Positions 60,897 through 64,000 of a stretch of DNA of 64,000 nt are shown here, piece after piece (the first letter of the stretch is position 1; each line of letters begins with the position of its first letter). Where the stretch lies: contig JAHPZA010000001.1 in assembly GCA_019058445.1 (NCBI GenBank), forward strand, positions 32,001 to 96,000, written 5' to 3'. Both the position numbers and the translations under genes were made by a program. This DNA is from Promethearchaeota archaeon (GTDB taxonomy: Archaea > Asgardarchaeota > Lokiarchaeia > Sigyniarchaeales > SOKP01). Under the pieces are notes generated by a model that was not told where the DNA came from, did not search any database, and saw nothing but the letters and a program-made list of their open reading frames with translations.

Positions 60897-61688
60897 ATGG
60901 AAGGAAAGATTAGTAATTGGATAAAAAAAGGTAGAGATTATTATAAAAAGGGGCAATATGAAACCGCTCTTGAAATGTTTAAGGAAGTATTAAACATTTA
61001 TCCAAATAATATCACTGCATTAAATAAAGTAGGTAATATTTATTATGCGTTAAACAACTTGCCTGAAGCATTAAGCGTTTATAATAATTTACGCTCATTA
61101 AGTAAAAGATTGGGGTTATTTGAAAAAGAAAGAGAGGCTCTTGAAAAAATCGGTCGCATATATACTTTGCAGGGCAAATATTCAACCGCGATAAATGTAT
61201 ATTTAGAAGCTCTTACAATTTATGATCAAATTGAACCTACCGATCTTAAACCAAAAGAGGAGAAGATATTGCTTTTTTATAATATTGGGGATTTATATAA
61301 AAGACAAAAGGATTATCATAAGGCTTTATCATTATATAAGCAATTACTTCAAATACATTCTGAGTTTGGTCCTTTGGGAGGAATAGCAGATGATATATCG
61401 GAAATAGGAGGGATATTGAAAAAACAAAAAAATTTTCCTGATGCTTTGAATAAATTCAAAGAAGCCCTCCAAATATATAAAGTGGAAAAATCTTCGTTTA
61501 AAACTATAATTACCCTATTTGAAATTGGTAAGATTTATTACAAGCTAAACCAATATCAGGAGTCGCTCCTATACCTAAATGATTCATTAGAAAACTTTAA
61601 AAAACTTGGTTTTAAAGGACCAAATGATTATTATTATGAAAAAACAAAAGAATTGATAAAAAAGATTAAAAAGAAAAAAATTGATTAA
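60897..61688 (+). CDS. TPR protein
   Basis: About six TPR repeats (IG.IY...G.Y..A...Y..AL). Confidence 0.85.
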   Translation: MEGKISNWIKKGRDYYKKGQYETALEMFKEVLNIYPNNITALNKVGNIYYALNNLPEALSVYNNLRSLSKRLGLFEKEREALEKIGRIYTLQGKYSTAINVYLEALTIYDQIEPTDLKPKEEKILLFYNIGDLYKRQKDYHKALSLYKQLLQIHSEFGPLGGIADDISEIGGILKKQKNFPDALNKFKEALQIYKVEKSSFKTIITLFEIGKIYYKLNQYQESLLYLNDSLENFKKLGFKGPNDYYYEKTKELIKKIKKKKID

Positions 61689-61863
61689 AAAACGCCATAT
61701 TTATGGAGTAGAGATATTTTTTCTTATCCTAATCATCATCTAGATTTTTTTCATTAATCCTTTTAGAAACTTCAGAGCAATATTTTAAATAAGCTAAAAA
61801 TTTTAAGAAAAGAAAATTAATATTATTATAATCTAATTGGATAAAAATTGATGTTGTTAAATT

Positions 61864-62283
61864 ATGTCCATGCGACAATACAATACGGAGTTAGGGCTCT
61901 TAATTGATAAAATCGTCAAAGTATATCTTGATGACGATAAATTTTTCGTTGGTCAATTAAAAGGCATCTCAGAAGATTCAAATTTGATTTTAATTAATGT
62001 TAAAAATGAGAAGAAAAAAACTTTTCCAAAAATACTTGTAAAAAGTTCTTATTATAATTATGTAAGTTTAGAGGAAGAACCATTTCCAATGCAGGCGCTT
62101 GCTGATAGAATAGCTAAAATTTTCTCTCCGGGTCATGTTGATTTAAAAGAAGAACAGAATGTCATTTCAATTTTAAATGGAAAAATTATCGTAGATGAAG
62201 AGGGCGTGAGAGGCTCTGGTCCTTCGGCTGATAGAGTAAGAAAAATTTTTGAGCAATTTAAAATGGATCTTGAGGGAGATTAA
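61864..62283 (+). CDS. Lsm/Sm-like RNA-binding protein with C-terminal extension (SmAP3-like)
   Basis: Sm1 motif LIDKIVKVYL..DKFFVGQLKGI...SNLIL.N; C-terminal domain ending G.GPSADRVRKIF. Confidence 0.8.
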   Translation: MSMRQYNTELGLLIDKIVKVYLDDDKFFVGQLKGISEDSNLILINVKNEKKKTFPKILVKSSYYNYVSLEEEPFPMQALADRIAKIFSPGHVDLKEEQNVISILNGKIIVDEEGVRGSGPSADRVRKIFEQFKMDLEGD

Positions 62284-62303
62284 AATATTTTTATTTTTTT
62301 ATT

Positions 62304-62843
62304 TTATAATGTTGAATTACTTTCTCTAAAAATATCAAGTAAATTCTTTAATTGTAAATTATGAATAATGTTTTTCAATGTGGCTTTTCCTAATGGAGTA
62401 ATTTTAACAATATCTAACCCCTCTACATTAATTTCCCGCAGATAATCATTTTCAATCAAAAATTTAATATCAGAATCCCAAACACTAGAAAAAATTTCTT
62501 TTAAATCATCTATTTTAACATTTTCATCAAGTTCTTTAGTCAGTGCTAAAATTAAAGCTAAAGTACCATATTGGCTTGGAGTAATATTATCATCTTTTCC
62601 TCCAACAGTTAAGACATAATAATTTTGATCCAAAAATTTCGTTTTTATTAGTTCAAATCCAATATTATTAAGATTGACATAGACCTCATTTATAATTTGG
62701 TCAAAATCAAAATTTTCGCTGAGATTCCTAAGGTCTTCTTCTCGAATCATTTTCTGCTGATTGGTTAAAATAAGTTTTGAAATAGTTTTTACAATATCCT
62801 CAGAATTAGAACTTTTCATGGACTCATTCAATTTTTTCATCAA
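62304..62843 (-). CDS. Tandem winged-helix-like protein (possible KITE/ScpB-like SMC partner)
   Basis: LNNIGFELI...YYVL and FLIENDYLRE...VKITPLGK wing motifs; coupled to the SMC-like gene. Confidence 0.45.
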   Translation of the reverse strand: MMKKLNESMKSSNSEDIVKTISKLILTNQQKMIREEDLRNLSENFDFDQIINEVYVNLNNIGFELIKTKFLDQNYYVLTVGGKDDNITPSQYGTLALILALTKELDENVKIDDLKEIFSSVWDSDIKFLIENDYLREINVEGLDIVKITPLGKATLKNIIHNLQLKNLLDIFRESNSTL

Positions 62844-64000
62844 TTTTTATTATTTTTATATTTTGAATTTTTTTTTTCATTTCTAAATTTGAGATAATAA
62901 ATATGAGATTAAAGGTTTTCAGACTTTCTTCTTGCTCAAAGATGGGTAAAATTTTAGTAATCGTTCGGTATACAGAACCTCTTTTATTATATTCGCTTGG
63001 AATAAATAAGTTTGAAAAAATTATATTTTTAATCTGTAAGATTACTCTGATAGAAATATAAAATACCATAACGAAATAAATTTTTTCTGGAGTTGTTAAA
63101 TCTTTAAATTGAATATTTTCTTTATTAGAACGCAAGAAAGAGGTAATTATAGAGAAATTATTAAAATCTTCGCTAATTACAATTTGAAATTTCATTTCTA
63201 AATTAATTTGGCGTAAAAACATGTTGATCAAATCTTCAAGATCGCCACACAAAATTTCTACTTTTCTAAAATTTTCTATAGAATCAATGATCTCATCATT
63301 TTCATAAGATATTGAAAAAGATTTACTAGTTTTGCTTAGCGTTTCATTAATTTCAGTCAGTTCCTTTATAATATCTGAAAGATTTTCTGGTTGTTCAAGA
63401 TCTAAATAATTAGTTTTATGTGATAATAGGTTTATTTGATTCGAAATATCATCAATTTCATTTTCAATTTCCTGTTTTGATTTTATTGTACTGTAGGCAG
63501 ACACATCAACTTCTTTCCAATCTTCATTCTCATTTAATTTATTTTTTAGTTCACTTTTTAGTTTATATAGTCTTGCTTCATCATTGGTAATCGTATTAAG
63601 TAATGAATTATAATCTGTTTGCATAGTTTGAAAACTAGGATTAATTTGGTCTAAATTTACCTGTGATTCATTAATTTTCACATTAAGTCGATTAATTTCA
63701 TACTGATGCTCCTTAGCTTGTCTTTGCAATGACTTAATGGCTTCAGCTTTCGAATAACTTTTTTTATGAGGTAGATCGAGGTTTAACTCATCTTGACTAT
63801 TCTTTTGAGTCGCATCACTCATTTCTCTTGTAATTGTATTAATTTGGTTAAAACAATCTTTTTTTTTCTTTGTTAATTCTTGAATAAGTTCTTTATAATT
63901 ATTAATCGTATCAAGAATTTGATTTCGTTTATTATTTAAATACAGATAATCTTCTTTGGTATAGGCAAACTTCTTTTTATTTACAATTATGGACGCATTT
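62824..64000 (-). CDS. C-terminal part of an SMC-like coiled-coil protein; runs off the window
   Basis: The frame is open from 63822 to the window end (checked by hand); coiled coil followed by a degenerate head (DLTTPEK...IIFSN...LIFIIS). Confidence 0.6.
   Translation of the reverse strand, partial: NASIIVNKKKFAYTKEDYLYLNNKRNQILDTINNYKELIQELTKKKKDCFNQINTITREMSDATQKNSQDELNLDLPHKKSYSKAEAIKSLQRQAKEHQYEINRLNVKINESQVNLDQINPSFQTMQTDYNSLLNTITNDEARLYKLKSELKNKLNENEDWKEVDVSAYSTIKSKQEIENEIDDISNQINLLSHKTNYLDLEQPENLSDIIKELTEINETLSKTSKSFSISYENDEIIDSIENFRKVEILCGDLEDLINMFLRQINLEMKFQIVISEDFNNFSIITSFLRSNKENIQFKDLTTPEKIYFVMVFYISIRVILQIKNIIFSNLFIPSEYNKRGSVYRTITKILPIFEQEESLKTFNLIFIISNLEMKKKIQNIKIIKIDEKIE

Noticed and set aside
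63822-63822. ATG given as the start of the last ORF
   Set aside because: The frame remains open to the window end, so this is probably an internal Met.
1-64000. CRISPR arrays, tRNA and rRNA genes
   Set aside because: No regularly spaced repeats, cloverleaf or rRNA-like segment found by eye; not confirmed computationally.

Overview
This AT-rich archaeal window looks like a Lokiarchaeia/Asgard-type genome. That assignment is inferred from gene content (TFB, uL2, GatDE, Elp3, Nop5/fibrillarin, RNase HII, archaeal MAT, SmAP3-like Lsm, AN1-finger fusions). Housekeeping DNA occupies about 1-20.6 kb and 54.2-64 kb. Between them is a ~33.5 kb inserted element (about 20662-54213) that splits a conserved archaeal HTH regulator gene (COG1395-like). 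The presumed original 5' ~125 codons are stranded at 54204-54605. The element supplies a diverged replacement 5' domain (~57% identical by hand count) fused in frame to the 3' half. The protein breakpoint coincides with a 3-bp CCT direct repeat and imperfect 10-bp inverted ends, yet no intact integrase or transposase is recognisable. The gene abutting the right junction encodes a 932-aa protein with a TFB-like repeat, two HNH-like zinc domains and a winged helix. The cargo is defence-like: four HEPN proteins, TIR, an NDT-like protein, an ABC-ATPase-nitrilase fusion, an SMC/ABC-3C-like pair and a duplicated PD-ExH nuclease. It also holds two copies of a ~140-nt structured candidate ncRNA with three Sm-site-like U-tracts. 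Two looser RNA-like elements lie in host DNA. Other points of note are a bacterial-type uxuB-uxuA pair inserted between nop5 and fibrillarin, and an AN1-S2P / AN1-pseudo-rhomboid / LITAF-like cluster. All calls come from manual motif reading; no searches were run.
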